A DNA stretch of 64,000 bases from an archaeon (GTDB lineage: Archaea > Nanobdellota > Nanobdellia > Pacearchaeales > GW2011-AR1). Positions 9,186-18,966 of this stretch are shown piece after piece. The DNA lies in contig DAHWKL010000002.1 of assembly GCA_027343665.1 (NCBI GenBank), positions 45,386-109,385 on the forward strand, in the 5' to 3' direction. Position numbers and translations under genes: made by a program. Numbering within the stretch: the first letter of the stretch is position 1; the number at the start of each line of letters is the position of its first letter. Under the pieces are notes generated by a model. That model saw only the letters and a list, made by a program, of their open reading frames with translations, was not told the origin of the DNA and searched no databases.

Positions 9186-9809
9186 ATGGAACTTACAAAA
9201 GAAACTGTTGATGAGATAGATTGGTCAAAAGAAGAAGAAAATACAAAACTGATTGAAGCAATCTTTTTCATATCTGGGCGCTTCCTTTCAATGCAGGATT
9301 TAATATCTTTGTCAAATTTGAACTCTCTTGTGATAAAAGAAGCAATTGAAAAAATAAAAGAAAGATATTCTAGAGACAACTCTGCACTCGAGATCGTAGA
9401 AAGGGATAATCTCTGGAAAGTTGATGTAAAACCGGAATATCATAACATAATAAATAAACTTGCAACAGGTTCCGCGGAATTTTCAAAAGCTGAACAGGAA
9501 ACACTTGCAATAATAGCTTACAAACAGCCGATAAAGCAATCAGTTATAATAAAAATAAGGGGAAACAAAGCTTATGATCACGTCCACAGATTCATGCAGA
9601 TGGGATTTATAAAAAGCAAAAAAGAAGGTCACACAAATATACTCACTTTATCAGATGAGTTCTACGACTATTTTAATGTATCAACAGATAAAAAAAATCC
9701 ACTTCAGGACACTTGGAAAAATAATAAGGAAAATGCTGAGTCAGACATTTCAGAGTTTAATGAAACAGATGATATTTTGAACGTAGAAGAAACTTTGGAG
9801 GAAAATTGA
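9186..9809 (+). CDS. scpB: segregation and condensation protein B
   Basis: IEAIFFISGRFLSMQDL and ETLAIIAYKQPIKQSVIIKIRG match ScpB winged-helix repeats. Confidence 0.75.
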   Translation: MELTKETVDEIDWSKEEENTKLIEAIFFISGRFLSMQDLISLSNLNSLVIKEAIEKIKERYSRDNSALEIVERDNLWKVDVKPEYHNIINKLATGSAEFSKAEQETLAIIAYKQPIKQSVIIKIRGNKAYDHVHRFMQMGFIKSKKEGHTNILTLSDEFYDYFNVSTDKKNPLQDTWKNNKENAESDISEFNETDDILNVEETLEEN

Positions 9810-11044
9810 TGGATTTTATAACGGGGCTATACTTGGCATATTCTTTTCTGGCTTTTTATTTTCTCTTCCTTTTTGTTCTTATATATACAACAAACAGAAA
9901 GGAAATGACCTTTATCCCCAAACCTGCAAGAGATTATGAAGTTAGTTGTGTAATCCCCTGTTATAACGAGGAGAAAAATATTGGAAGAACCATTGAATCT
10001 GTTGTGAAAAATGGGTACAAAAATCTTAAAAAAATAATAGTTGTCGATGACTGTTCAACTGACGGATCATTCAGTGTTATGAAAGAATATGAAAAAAAAT
10101 ATCCGGGACTTGTTCTTGCAGTCAAAACGCCGAAAAACACCGGAAATGCGGCTGGAGCAAAGAATTATGGTTCAAGATTTGTAAAAACAGAGCTTATAAT
10201 GTTCACAGATGCTGACAGCTTTCCCGAGAGAGGAGCAATAGGAAAAATGATCGGATTTTTCGATGACAAAAAAGTCGGGGCAGTTACAGCATCTGTACTT
10301 GTAAAAAATAGAAATAATCTTCTTCTAAGGCTCCAATCAATTGAATATACCGTAATAAAATTCACAAGAAAACTTCTTGAATTCATAGATTCTATCTATG
10401 TAACCCCGGGTCCGCTTGCAATGTACAGAATGAAATATTTCGTCAAGATTGGAAGATTCGATGAAAAAAATATGACCGAGGACATCGAAATAACATGGAG
10501 GATGCTAGATGCGGGATACGACGTAAGGATGAGTCTATCTTCAAGAGTCTATTCAATTGCCCCAGAAAAAATGAAACTATGGTTTAAGCAGAGAATAAGA
10601 TGGAATGTGGGGGGATTGCAATCAATATTCAAACACAAAAAAAGATTCCTTAGAAAAGGTATGTTTGGTTCATTTGTCCTTCCATTTTTTGTAATGTCCT
10701 GGCTTCTGGGAATTTTTGGTTTGGGATTTTTCCTTTACAGAGGTGCAAGATGGATACTTATGAGTTATATTTCAGCATCATATTCAATTAAAGCAAACAC
10801 TGCCGTTTTATCCATGAAAGATTTATCATTAAACCCGAACATTCTTTTTTTCTTGGGAATAATATTATTTACCTTAAGCTTAGCTTTCACATTGGTTTCA
10901 TTATTTCATGATAAGGAGAAAAATTTTAAAAATCCGGGAGTTTTTGACATTATAATGTATACAATATTTTATTTACTTGCTTACCCGATAATACTTGTAA
11001 TATCAGCGTATAAAATGACAAAAAAGAATGTAGGATGGGCATAA
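9806..11044 (+). CDS. processive family-2 glycosyltransferase (NodC/IcaA/cellulose-synthase-like)
   Basis: VIPCYNEEKNI, FTDADS, MTEDIEITWR and Q(R)xRW (KQRIRWNVGG). One N-terminal and several C-terminal TM helices. Confidence 0.8.
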   Translation: MMDFITGLYLAYSFLAFYFLFLFVLIYTTNRKEMTFIPKPARDYEVSCVIPCYNEEKNIGRTIESVVKNGYKNLKKIIVVDDCSTDGSFSVMKEYEKKYPGLVLAVKTPKNTGNAAGAKNYGSRFVKTELIMFTDADSFPERGAIGKMIGFFDDKKVGAVTASVLVKNRNNLLLRLQSIEYTVIKFTRKLLEFIDSIYVTPGPLAMYRMKYFVKIGRFDEKNMTEDIEITWRMLDAGYDVRMSLSSRVYSIAPEKMKLWFKQRIRWNVGGLQSIFKHKKRFLRKGMFGSFVLPFFVMSWLLGIFGLGFFLYRGARWILMSYISASYSIKANTAVLSMKDLSLNPNILFFLGIILFTLSLAFTLVSLFHDKEKNFKNPGVFDIIMYTIFYLLAYPIILVISAYKMTKKNVGWA

Positions 11045-11712
11045 TGAAAAAAAACTATTTTGTTTTCATACAGGCATTGTTAATAACAATAGTCATATTC
11101 ATAATCGGATTTTATATAGGCATAACTGTAGAGGGGGGGCATATGAACCAGATAAATGATTATTACACACAATCTGAGACCTCTCTTGTAGATATTTTAA
11201 GTTTAAATAATATGATAGGATCCCATACAGTCTCATGTTCTCAGCTCGTAAATTCTGATAGAACTCTTCTTGATAAAGTCTATGCTGAAGCCCAGCTTTT
11301 AGATCAGTATAATCAGCCAGGACAGATAACCAATGACCTTCAATATCTTCATACAAAGTATGACGCACTAAGGACTTATCTCTGGATAAATTCAATTAAC
11401 ATAAAAAAAGAATGTAATCAGTCAAATTTTTCAACAGTAGTATATTTGTATTATAACAATGAAACAGATCTTACAAAAAAGGCTGAGCAAAATGTGTGGT
11501 CTAAATTGCTCCTTGATATAAAAAATGAGAATCCGGACATTGCTTTAATCCCCATTGCAATGGATAGCAACCTGACCTCTCTTGATACACTGACTGCAAA
11601 ATTCAACATAACTAGCTATCCTGCAGTAATTGTAAATGAAAAAGCGGTTTTCTACAGTATACCAAAAAAAAGTGAAATAGCCAGTCTGATAAACGCCTCT
11701 TCATCACAATAA
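11044..11712 (+). CDS. membrane-anchored hypothetical protein coupled to the GT2 gene
   Basis: ORF 11035..11712. ATG 11044 overlaps the GT2 stop (TAATG). N-terminal signal anchor MKKNYFVFIQALLITIVIFIIGF. Confidence 0.55.
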   Translation: MKKNYFVFIQALLITIVIFIIGFYIGITVEGGHMNQINDYYTQSETSLVDILSLNNMIGSHTVSCSQLVNSDRTLLDKVYAEAQLLDQYNQPGQITNDLQYLHTKYDALRTYLWINSINIKKECNQSNFSTVVYLYYNNETDLTKKAEQNVWSKLLLDIKNENPDIALIPIAMDSNLTSLDTLTAKFNITSYPAVIVNEKAVFYSIPKKSEIASLINASSSQ

Positions 11713-11743
11713 TCTTAAAAAAGTCCTCCCAGCTCAGTTTTAC

Positions 11744-12541
11744 ATGAAAGAGTGTTATATGTGCGGCATAACTGAAGAAAAAGCTCTTCTTTATGAAGGA
11801 ATAGATAAAAAACACGGTTTTGTGAATATTTGCCGTAAGTGCTATTTCAAAAATGAAATACCTCTGATTGAAAGAAAAACTGCCCCGTCAGGAGAGGAAA
11901 AAAGAGAAACTGTCAGGGAAAGACTTTCTAAGATGGCACATGTTAATATCGCAAAAAAAGAAGAAAGAAAGATCACTCCAAACTTTGAAGATGTCAGGCT
12001 TAAAGACTTGGTCGAAAAAAATTTCAAAAATGAAATATCTATAGAACCAAAGTCTCCCACGGATCTTGTTGACAATTTTCATTGGATAATTATGAGAAAA
12101 AGAAGGAGCCTGAAAATCTCAAAAGAGAAACTTTCTGAAGATATAAAAGAGCCTCTGATAGCAGTTGAAAGTCTTGAAAAAGGAATTTTACCCCGAGATT
12201 ACAAAAACCTTGTCAAAAAAATGGAAAATTATCTCAGAATAAAAATATTGAAAGACAGGGAACTTGACCACGCAGATATATTAAATGAATCAAAAATGCC
12301 ATCAGGAATTCTAATAGAAGACGTGAAAAACAAAATGCAGAGAGACAAGGAGAAATATATTGATGCAAGTAATCTGAACCTTGAGAAAATCAACGAGATA
12401 TATGGTGTCCCAGAAAAGACTGGGAAAAATGAACTCATGAGTAAAGATCAATTAAGGCAAAAAGATGAAACAAAAAAAATCAATCCAAAAAAAGATGATT
12501 TGTCAGATAAAGATATTTCAAACCTCATTTGGGGGAAATAA
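11744..12541 (+). CDS. zinc-ribbon + XRE-type HTH protein (MBF1-like architecture)
   Basis: N-terminal CYMCG...CRKCY. The central segment WIIMRKRRSLKISKEKLSEDIKEPLIAVESLEKG resembles a Cro/C1 HTH. The C-terminal tail is K/D-rich. Confidence 0.5.
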   Translation: MKECYMCGITEEKALLYEGIDKKHGFVNICRKCYFKNEIPLIERKTAPSGEEKRETVRERLSKMAHVNIAKKEERKITPNFEDVRLKDLVEKNFKNEISIEPKSPTDLVDNFHWIIMRKRRSLKISKEKLSEDIKEPLIAVESLEKGILPRDYKNLVKKMENYLRIKILKDRELDHADILNESKMPSGILIEDVKNKMQRDKEKYIDASNLNLEKINEIYGVPEKTGKNELMSKDQLRQKDETKKINPKKDDLSDKDISNLIWGK

Positions 12542-12544
12542 GAT

Positions 12545-13288
12545 TCATTCATAAAAATCTCTTTGAGGGTTATATGCTTTCCATTCTGAAAAGCCCTCAA
12601 CTTGAGAGGGGGCAATATTCTTTTCAATTATCTCATCGTTAAAATGGGATATTGCATTTATCGTGATAAGTGCACTTTTTTTAAAATAAAAATCATTATT
12701 CTTCATAGCTCTCGCTTCACTCTTTGGGAGAAAGTGAAAGATTTGCATACCAAACCTGTCACATTGTGGTTCATCTTCTAAATATTCAAATAAGCATCTT
12801 TCAAATTTTCCGAACTTCCTTTTCACTAATCTTACATAATGTGTAGGTGAACTTACATACTCTCCAGAAGGATCCACATGTTTAAAATCAAATTTATAAA
12901 ATTTATACTGGTAACCTTCATTAAACACTTCATTGATTACTTTCCATTCATTCCTTGGCTTTTCATGAGTTATCAATTCATCAGCATCAAGAATCAAAGC
13001 GTATTTTGTTCTGGCTTTTCCTAAAGAGAAGTTCCTTGCATCAGCAAATCCTCTAAATTTGTGATCATAAATTTTCAGGTTTTTGTATTTACCTTCGAGA
13101 TCTTCAAGAATTTCGCGAGTGCCATCAAGTGAACCCGTATCGACAATAACTGCCTTTTCGACAAATGGGACATGAGAAGAAACAAATCTTTCGATACCGC
13201 CAGCAGGATTCATCTTTTCATCACGAACTATTGCACATAAAGAAACATCTGAGAGAATTATATGACCTCTCCTAGTTTTCGTTTTCAT
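12545..13288 (-). CDS. family-2 glycosyltransferase (soluble)
   Basis: SLCAIVRDE...VIVDTGSLDGT...LILDADE (DxD) pattern. Confidence 0.7.
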   Translation of the reverse strand: MKTKTRRGHIILSDVSLCAIVRDEKMNPAGGIERFVSSHVPFVEKAVIVDTGSLDGTREILEDLEGKYKNLKIYDHKFRGFADARNFSLGKARTKYALILDADELITHEKPRNEWKVINEVFNEGYQYKFYKFDFKHVDPSGEYVSSPTHYVRLVKRKFGKFERCLFEYLEDEPQCDRFGMQIFHFLPKSEARAMKNNDFYFKKSALITINAISHFNDEIIEKNIAPSQVEGFSEWKAYNPQRDFYE

Positions 13289-13294
13289 CTTAAT

Positions 13295-14068
13295 TTATCT
13301 TATAGAAAGCTCGAAAAGGCTCGCAAAAGCTTCAGCGAAAAATTCGGAATTCAGCCAGATTGCCTGATCATCTTTTGTTGACTCCTTGCTAAGATAAAAC
13401 AAAACTTCTTTCCTGTCGATTATGAAGAATTTTGATTCTACATTAATTGGAGAAATCTTAATCTTTAGTGACTCTGAAAATTTTTTCACCTCTTCCGGAT
13501 CTCCTGAAAGAGCCACTTGGATTTTAATTCCTTTTTTTTTGAGTGAATTGAAAGTTTCGGAAAAAAGACTTTCTTTCATCTTCATTTCTTTAATGCTCAT
13601 TGAGAAAATTACCTCTTTCTCGGCAGCGTCAATTATTTCGCGTAAATAATTCGATATTGTGCTCCTTCCTCTTATTGCAGCTGAAAGGTCTTCTCTCTTA
13701 ACAGGATTTATCCCGACAGTGTACAGATCTTCAAGCTGTAAAAATTCGGCTGTGTCTTTTATATTTGAAAGACTCTGGAATCTTTCTTCTGCTTCTACCC
13801 TGACATTATTTTTGAGCTTCTCAAGAATTACTCTTGGCTTCACACCAAGATATTTAACTGGCTTACCTAACTTCACGATAGCGAATCCTTTTTTCTCGAG
13901 TGATTCAAGAACATCATAAGTACGGGACCTGGGAACTCCTGAAAGGGACGCAATTTCACCTGCCGAAGCTGATCCTTTTCCAAGAAGAGCAAGCCATACT
14001 TTTGTCTCGTAGATATTCAACTCGAAGTAATCTTTTATCTTAGCTACAAGATCATTTTTGACTAGCAT
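13295..14068 (-). CDS. TrmB-family transcriptional regulator
   Basis: NIYETKVWLALLGKGSASAGEIASLSGVPRSRTYDVLESLEKKGFAI wHTH plus a TrmB-type C-terminal domain. Confidence 0.8.
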   Translation of the reverse strand: MLVKNDLVAKIKDYFELNIYETKVWLALLGKGSASAGEIASLSGVPRSRTYDVLESLEKKGFAIVKLGKPVKYLGVKPRVILEKLKNNVRVEAEERFQSLSNIKDTAEFLQLEDLYTVGINPVKREDLSAAIRGRSTISNYLREIIDAAEKEVIFSMSIKEMKMKESLFSETFNSLKKKGIKIQVALSGDPEEVKKFSESLKIKISPINVESKFFIIDRKEVLFYLSKESTKDDQAIWLNSEFFAEAFASLFELSIR

Positions 14069-14069
14069 T

Positions 14070-14351
14070 TTATTTTGTTTCCCCCTTAAAAAAATTCATT
14101 GATTTTCCGCGTTCTGCTTTAACACCAAGATTACCTATCATGCTAATTAGATTTTTTATTTCAGATCTGTCCAAAGCTTCAGTCGGGCTACGAAAAACAA
14201 TATCACAGAGCATATAACCCAAATAATCTTCTACTTTCTTAGTCAATTCGGCGTTTCCATTTTTATAATTCTCAACAATCTTTTCATATCTCTCGATTTC
14301 TCTCTGAGTAATATAATTTTTATCATTCATGTAATCACTCAGTGATAACAC
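14070..14351 (-). CDS. hypothetical protein
   Basis: ORF with its stop 1 nt upstream of the TrmB gene start, same strand. No motif recognised. Confidence 0.45.
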   Translation of the reverse strand: MLSLSDYMNDKNYITQREIERYEKIVENYKNGNAELTKKVEDYLGYMLCDIVFRSPTEALDRSEIKNLISMIGNLGVKAERGKSMNFFKGETK

Positions 14352-14433
14352 ATTTATAAATGTTTCTGTTGTTATTTTTTATTAGGGGTAACAAAACGGA
14401 AAGTTTTATAAAAGCTTTCATACTTAAGCAAAG

Positions 14434-14745
14434 ATGGGATATGGGATAGAAGATAAAAAAGGATTTTACCAAGAGTATGTTGGTAAATGGGTTGTAGTTT
14501 ATCCGGCAGGGATAAACACCCAATTTTCAGGAAAATTAGTTGAGATTATTGATGGTTATGGTGCTCTCAAACCATTCCAAGGAGGGAAGATAGAAAAAGG
14601 GAAATTGGTCAGGAAACTCATAGGAGATGATGGAAGATCCCTTGTTCCATTAGTGGGAAGTGCTATTGAACCAACAACAAAAGAAAGCATAATCAACTAT
14701 TGCAAGATGTTCAACAAAAAGTCCGAAGAAAGTTCTTCTAAATAA
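14434..14745 (+). CDS. hypothetical protein (possible Sm-like beta-barrel)
   Basis: YVGKWVVVYPAGINTQFSGKLVEIIDGYGALKP loosely resembles an Sm1 segment. Weak. Confidence 0.4.
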   Translation: MGYGIEDKKGFYQEYVGKWVVVYPAGINTQFSGKLVEIIDGYGALKPFQGGKIEKGKLVRKLIGDDGRSLVPLVGSAIEPTTKESIINYCKMFNKKSEESSSK

Positions 14746-15670
14746 CAAAAATTAGATAATCAACAATCAAGGCCAGAAAAATTCCGGCAGTGATAAAAGG
14801 CATGGCTGGATAAAATTTCTTCTTCTCTGAGAAAAATAAAAGCCCTGTGAGCCCTGCGAAGGCTCCAAGGGTGGTTATTATTGCCGGCAAAAATCCCCAA
14901 GTTTTCAATATAACTCCGGATGCTATTATAGGGAAGATGATGTCTCCCCCGCCAAGAATGGCAACATTGACTTTAAACCTCATTTTTTCTAAGTTTTTTC
15001 CAGCGGTTTTATAATTTTTAATTTTCTCTTTTACCTTCTTTGAAGCATATGGGATGAAAAATCCTCCAAAAATATTAAGCTTATCCATCTGATATCTTGC
15101 CATTTTCTGCATTATTTTCGACTTCCATACTGCCCACATATCATAAACAGAAATCAAAATAAGTAATATAATAATTCCAATAACCCCTAAAATCGGGACA
15201 AAAACAGCGGCAATGCCCGGATAAATCAGAAGTTCCGTGACGTTATGTGTCAAAAAGCCGCGTCTGAAAAATTTAAGGAAAGCCAGCAAAGCTCCAGCAC
15301 CCAGCCCTATCCAAGCTGCATAGCTGATTGAAGGTAAAAATGCAGTTATTGATATTCCCAAAGCAATTACAACAACGATAAAAAACCACGCCCGAAGTAT
15401 AAATCTTGCATTAACTTTAATCAGCAAAAAAACCAAAGAGACTGCAATTACAAATGAAAAGATAAAAGATATTATTATCGATTCGACATCAGGTATCTGG
15501 CCTTGATCTTGAAAGCCCATCCCATAGGGGATTGCTTTTCCGGTGACATTTGTGACATTACCATTTACAACTGCCTGTGTAGCGTAAGTGTTTACTACAT
15601 AAAGCCCTATGAACTGTGTCAAAAGAAACATCAGGAGGATTATTGCAGTGATTTTCAGATTATGTTTCAT
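14738..15670 (-). CDS. presenilin/signal-peptide-peptidase family intramembrane aspartyl protease (A22)
   Basis: Polytopic protein with YD (SVYDMW), GxGD (LGGGDIIFP) and PAL-like (YPAMPF) motifs in the expected order. Confidence 0.75.
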   Translation of the reverse strand: MKHNLKITAIILLMFLLTQFIGLYVVNTYATQAVVNGNVTNVTGKAIPYGMGFQDQGQIPDVESIIISFIFSFVIAVSLVFLLIKVNARFILRAWFFIVVVIALGISITAFLPSISYAAWIGLGAGALLAFLKFFRRGFLTHNVTELLIYPGIAAVFVPILGVIGIIILLILISVYDMWAVWKSKIMQKMARYQMDKLNIFGGFFIPYASKKVKEKIKNYKTAGKNLEKMRFKVNVAILGGGDIIFPIIASGVILKTWGFLPAIITTLGAFAGLTGLLFFSEKKKFYPAMPFITAGIFLALIVDYLIFVI

Positions 15671-15769
15671 CTCAACCTCAAAGTTCCCAAGGTAAAATCA
15701 GTTTTTAAAATATATGGAGTGATGCTTAATAATCCAAAAATTTATTAATCTTCCATTAACCAAAATAAT

Positions 15770-16315
15770 ATGAAAGAAATTTATTTCGTGACTGGAAATG
15801 AGAACAAATATAAAGAGGTTTGTGAAATCCTTGGAAAGGAAATAAAAAGGATAGAGCTTGATTTAGAAGAGATACAATCTGATGACCCGTACAAAATTGC
15901 AAAAAAGAAAGTTCTTGAGGCTTACAGGATATTAAAAAAACCAGTGATTGTCGAAGATATATCTTTACACATTGAGGCCTTAAACGGATTTCCGGGGCCG
16001 CTCATCAAGTTTATGAGATCCTCTCTTAAACCTGAAGGGATATATCAAATAATGAAAAGCCATAAAAACAAAAACACGATAGCAAGATGTGTCGTTGCAT
16101 GTTTTGACGGAAAAAATATAAACTTTTTCACGGGGGACATAAAAGGAAAAATCGTTGCACCAAAAGGAAAAAGTAAATTCGGATTCGATCCCATCTTTCA
16201 GCCGAATGGTAAAAATAAAACTTTTGCGCAGATGGGAGAAGAAGAGAAGAACAAAATTTCACATAGGTCAATTGCTTGGAGAAAAGTTAGGGATTTCTTG
16301 GAGAAAGATAAATAA
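15770..16315 (+). CDS. non-canonical purine NTP pyrophosphatase (Ham1/RdgB/ITPase)
   Basis: IYFVTGNENKYKEV, LNGFPGP and KFGFDPIFQP. Confidence 0.85.
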   Translation: MKEIYFVTGNENKYKEVCEILGKEIKRIELDLEEIQSDDPYKIAKKKVLEAYRILKKPVIVEDISLHIEALNGFPGPLIKFMRSSLKPEGIYQIMKSHKNKNTIARCVVACFDGKNINFFTGDIKGKIVAPKGKSKFGFDPIFQPNGKNKTFAQMGEEEKNKISHRSIAWRKVRDFLEKDK

Positions 16316-16317
16316 AG

Positions 16318-18204
16318 TTATCTCAGTCTCACAGTCTCTAACACTCTTGGAACAGTCGTCTCAACACGATTAAGTTTGTAAAGTGACGAAGCAAGATCCA
16401 GCGATTTTGAAACTTCCCCGTGATTGATTATTATCCTTTTAGGTTTCGGTTCCATATTTTTTATGTAGTTCATAAGCTCATTTCTTCCAGAGTGAGGTGA
16501 CAGGCTGTTCACAAGCTCTACTCTCATGTTAACTTCAACCATCCTGTTCCCGCCTTCATCTTCCATCATAATCTGCTTTGCACCATCTTGAAGCTGGCGC
16601 CCTATTGTTCCAGGCCCCTGATAGCTACTTAATATCAAAAGATTATTAGGGTTTCCGGCAAAATGTTTAAGATATTCGACTGAAGCACCACCTGCAAGCA
16701 TCCCAGATGTTGCAATTACTATGCACGGACCTCCCTCAACAACGGCTTTTCTCTCCTGAGGAGACCCGACTCTCTGGAAGATATCTGAAGTAAAAGGATT
16801 ATTATCCTGGAAAATCTGACTTCTTACATTCGCTGACAAAAAATCTGGATAAGCTGTATGAATTGCATTTATATCCCATATCATCCCGTCTATATACATT
16901 GGAATCTTTGGAAGCTTTCCCGTCCTTATAGCTTCTTCAACTCTCAGAAGAGATTCCTGAGCATGTCCTAGACCCAATTCCGGCAAAAGGACTTTTCCGC
17001 CTTTTTCCACGGTCTCTTTGACAAGATTTATGAAAATCTCATCTGTGACCTGCCTGGGAGGCATCACATCATTTTTCCCGCCATAAGTCGATTCCATCTG
17101 TATAGTTTCAACTCTTGGAAATTTATTAACAGCAGGATCAAGAAGTCTCGTTCTTCCATATTTCATATCTCCTGAATAGACAAAATTATGAGCGCCATTT
17201 CCTATATTTATGTGAACCTGAGCCGAGCCAAGAACATGCCCCGCATTATAGAAAGTTATTCTTATATCGGGGGTCACATCCGTGACTTCGCCATAATTCA
17301 GGCATATCGTCCTTTTTACCATCTCTGAAATATCTGCTGATGAAAAAAGAGGCGTCGCTGCTTGCTTGAAAGCAACACCTATGAAATCAAGTGCAAGAAG
17401 AGCGGATATATCCCTTGTGGGAGCGGTCATATATATTGGACCCTTGTAACCCATTTTATAAAGATAAGGTATGAGCCCTGAATGATCAAGATGCGCATGA
17501 GAAAGTATTATTGCATCAAGATGGCTTATGTCAAATTCAGGAACATTGAAAACTGGAAACTTATCTTTCCCATTTGTTGAAACGTCTATTCCGCAGTCAA
17601 GAAGAATCTTTGAGTTTTCAGTTTGCAGAAAGAAACAACTTCTTCCGACCTGCCTTCCACCGCCAAGGATTGTAACTCTTGCCCAACCATCTGATTTCTC
17701 CTGTGTCCAGCCAGAGTAAATCTTTTCTCCAACTTCATTCAGAAATTTTTTTCTCTCTTTGCTTTTATCATAAAGGACACTTCTTATATTATCAGTTATC
17801 TTTGATTTTATCGATGGGCTTCTTTGCACCTGCGGCGTCCACAAAGTTTCTTTTTTTATCTGATCAAGAATCGACCCCTGCTTTCCGATCACAAGACCGG
17901 GTCTTTTGGCTTCTATCGTGATTACACTCCTGTGAAGATCAAAAAGAATATTTGTTATCTCAGCTTCAGCCGGGACAATCTCCCTGACTTTTTTCTCAGT
18001 TGATTCCTCACCCGGAAGTATCTTTTCATCGGCTCTTAGCTCTATCCTTTTCTTTAGGTCATTGACTATCTCTTTTATTTTTCCCCCATCATCCTTGAAA
18101 AAATTCTCGTTTTTTGTATAGAGTACTATGTTTGCACCTTCAAATGATGCTTCGGAAACTTCTCCATGAAGTCTCTCTGTTATATTTTGTAAAATTTCTA
18201 ACAT
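16318..18204 (-). CDS. aCPSF1 (KH + metallo-beta-lactamase + beta-CASP ribonuclease)
   Basis: 628 aa. N-terminal KH-like region, ILSHAHLDHSG motif, beta-CASP C-terminal part. Confidence 0.85.
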   Translation of the reverse strand: MLEILQNITERLHGEVSEASFEGANIVLYTKNENFFKDDGGKIKEIVNDLKKRIELRADEKILPGEESTEKKVREIVPAEAEITNILFDLHRSVITIEAKRPGLVIGKQGSILDQIKKETLWTPQVQRSPSIKSKITDNIRSVLYDKSKERKKFLNEVGEKIYSGWTQEKSDGWARVTILGGGRQVGRSCFFLQTENSKILLDCGIDVSTNGKDKFPVFNVPEFDISHLDAIILSHAHLDHSGLIPYLYKMGYKGPIYMTAPTRDISALLALDFIGVAFKQAATPLFSSADISEMVKRTICLNYGEVTDVTPDIRITFYNAGHVLGSAQVHINIGNGAHNFVYSGDMKYGRTRLLDPAVNKFPRVETIQMESTYGGKNDVMPPRQVTDEIFINLVKETVEKGGKVLLPELGLGHAQESLLRVEEAIRTGKLPKIPMYIDGMIWDINAIHTAYPDFLSANVRSQIFQDNNPFTSDIFQRVGSPQERKAVVEGGPCIVIATSGMLAGGASVEYLKHFAGNPNNLLILSSYQGPGTIGRQLQDGAKQIMMEDEGGNRMVEVNMRVELVNSLSPHSGRNELMNYIKNMEPKPKRIIINHGEVSKSLDLASSLYKLNRVETTVPRVLETVRLR

Positions 18205-18230
18205 CTTAATTGATAATATTTTATGGAAAA

Positions 18231-18884
18231 CTATTGCTTATCTTTGAAATTCGGTTCTATAACCTGATCAACAACTTTTTTTATACCTTCTTTAGTTATT
18301 GTAAAGACATCAATTCCATACCCGGAACCGACATCCCTTTCAGTTGAAGATTTTATGGCTTCTTTTGCAAGTTCAACTCCCTCTTTAACACCTATGCCCT
18401 TTTTGTATTGCCTTTCTAAAAGCCCAAGAACAAAAGGCATACCTGAGCTGAAATTTGCATCATAATCTTCTATTTTCAAGGCGCTTCCCGCGGGTTCAAT
18501 TGAATAAAGTTCAGTTGACCCATCAGGATTGAATCCCCCGACCAAGGTTCCGACAATCATGCCACTTTGCCTGGCTCCTGAATAAAGGATACCTGAGACA
18601 AGATTTGCCACCTGAGAGACAGTTGGCCTGGACCTTGCTCTCAACTCTTTAAGTTTAAGTTCCGCCGGGACAATCTTCAACATTTTTTGTGCGTCTGAAA
18701 CACTTCCTGTAAAAGACATAAGTGTGTAATCATTAATCATTACTGTCTTTGACATATTTTTACCCATAATCAATGTACCCGCAGTCATCTTTTTATCTGA
18801 AGCCATGACAACTCCGTCTTTACAAACTATCCCTAAAATTGTTGTTCCTGTCTTTAGTATATTTTTTTTAAAGTCTTCATCCAT
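18231..18884 (-). CDS. psmB: proteasome subunit beta
   Basis: Propeptide followed by GTTILGIVCKDGVVMASDKK. Confidence 0.9.
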   Translation of the reverse strand: MDEDFKKNILKTGTTILGIVCKDGVVMASDKKMTAGTLIMGKNMSKTVMINDYTLMSFTGSVSDAQKMLKIVPAELKLKELRARSRPTVSQVANLVSGILYSGARQSGMIVGTLVGGFNPDGSTELYSIEPAGSALKIEDYDANFSSGMPFVLGLLERQYKKGIGVKEGVELAKEAIKSSTERDVGSGYGIDVFTITKEGIKKVVDQVIEPNFKDKQ

Positions 18885-18966
18885 CTTAAAAATCCAGAAT
18901 TTACAAAACTATTCAGAAGCAATGGTTTATAAATATTTCTGTTTTTGATGAGTTAAGAAAAATCTG

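Noticed and set aside
16155-16373. 72-aa + ORF overlapping the ITPase 3' end and the aCPSF1 3' end
   Set aside because: An alternative frame of two well-supported genes with no motifs.
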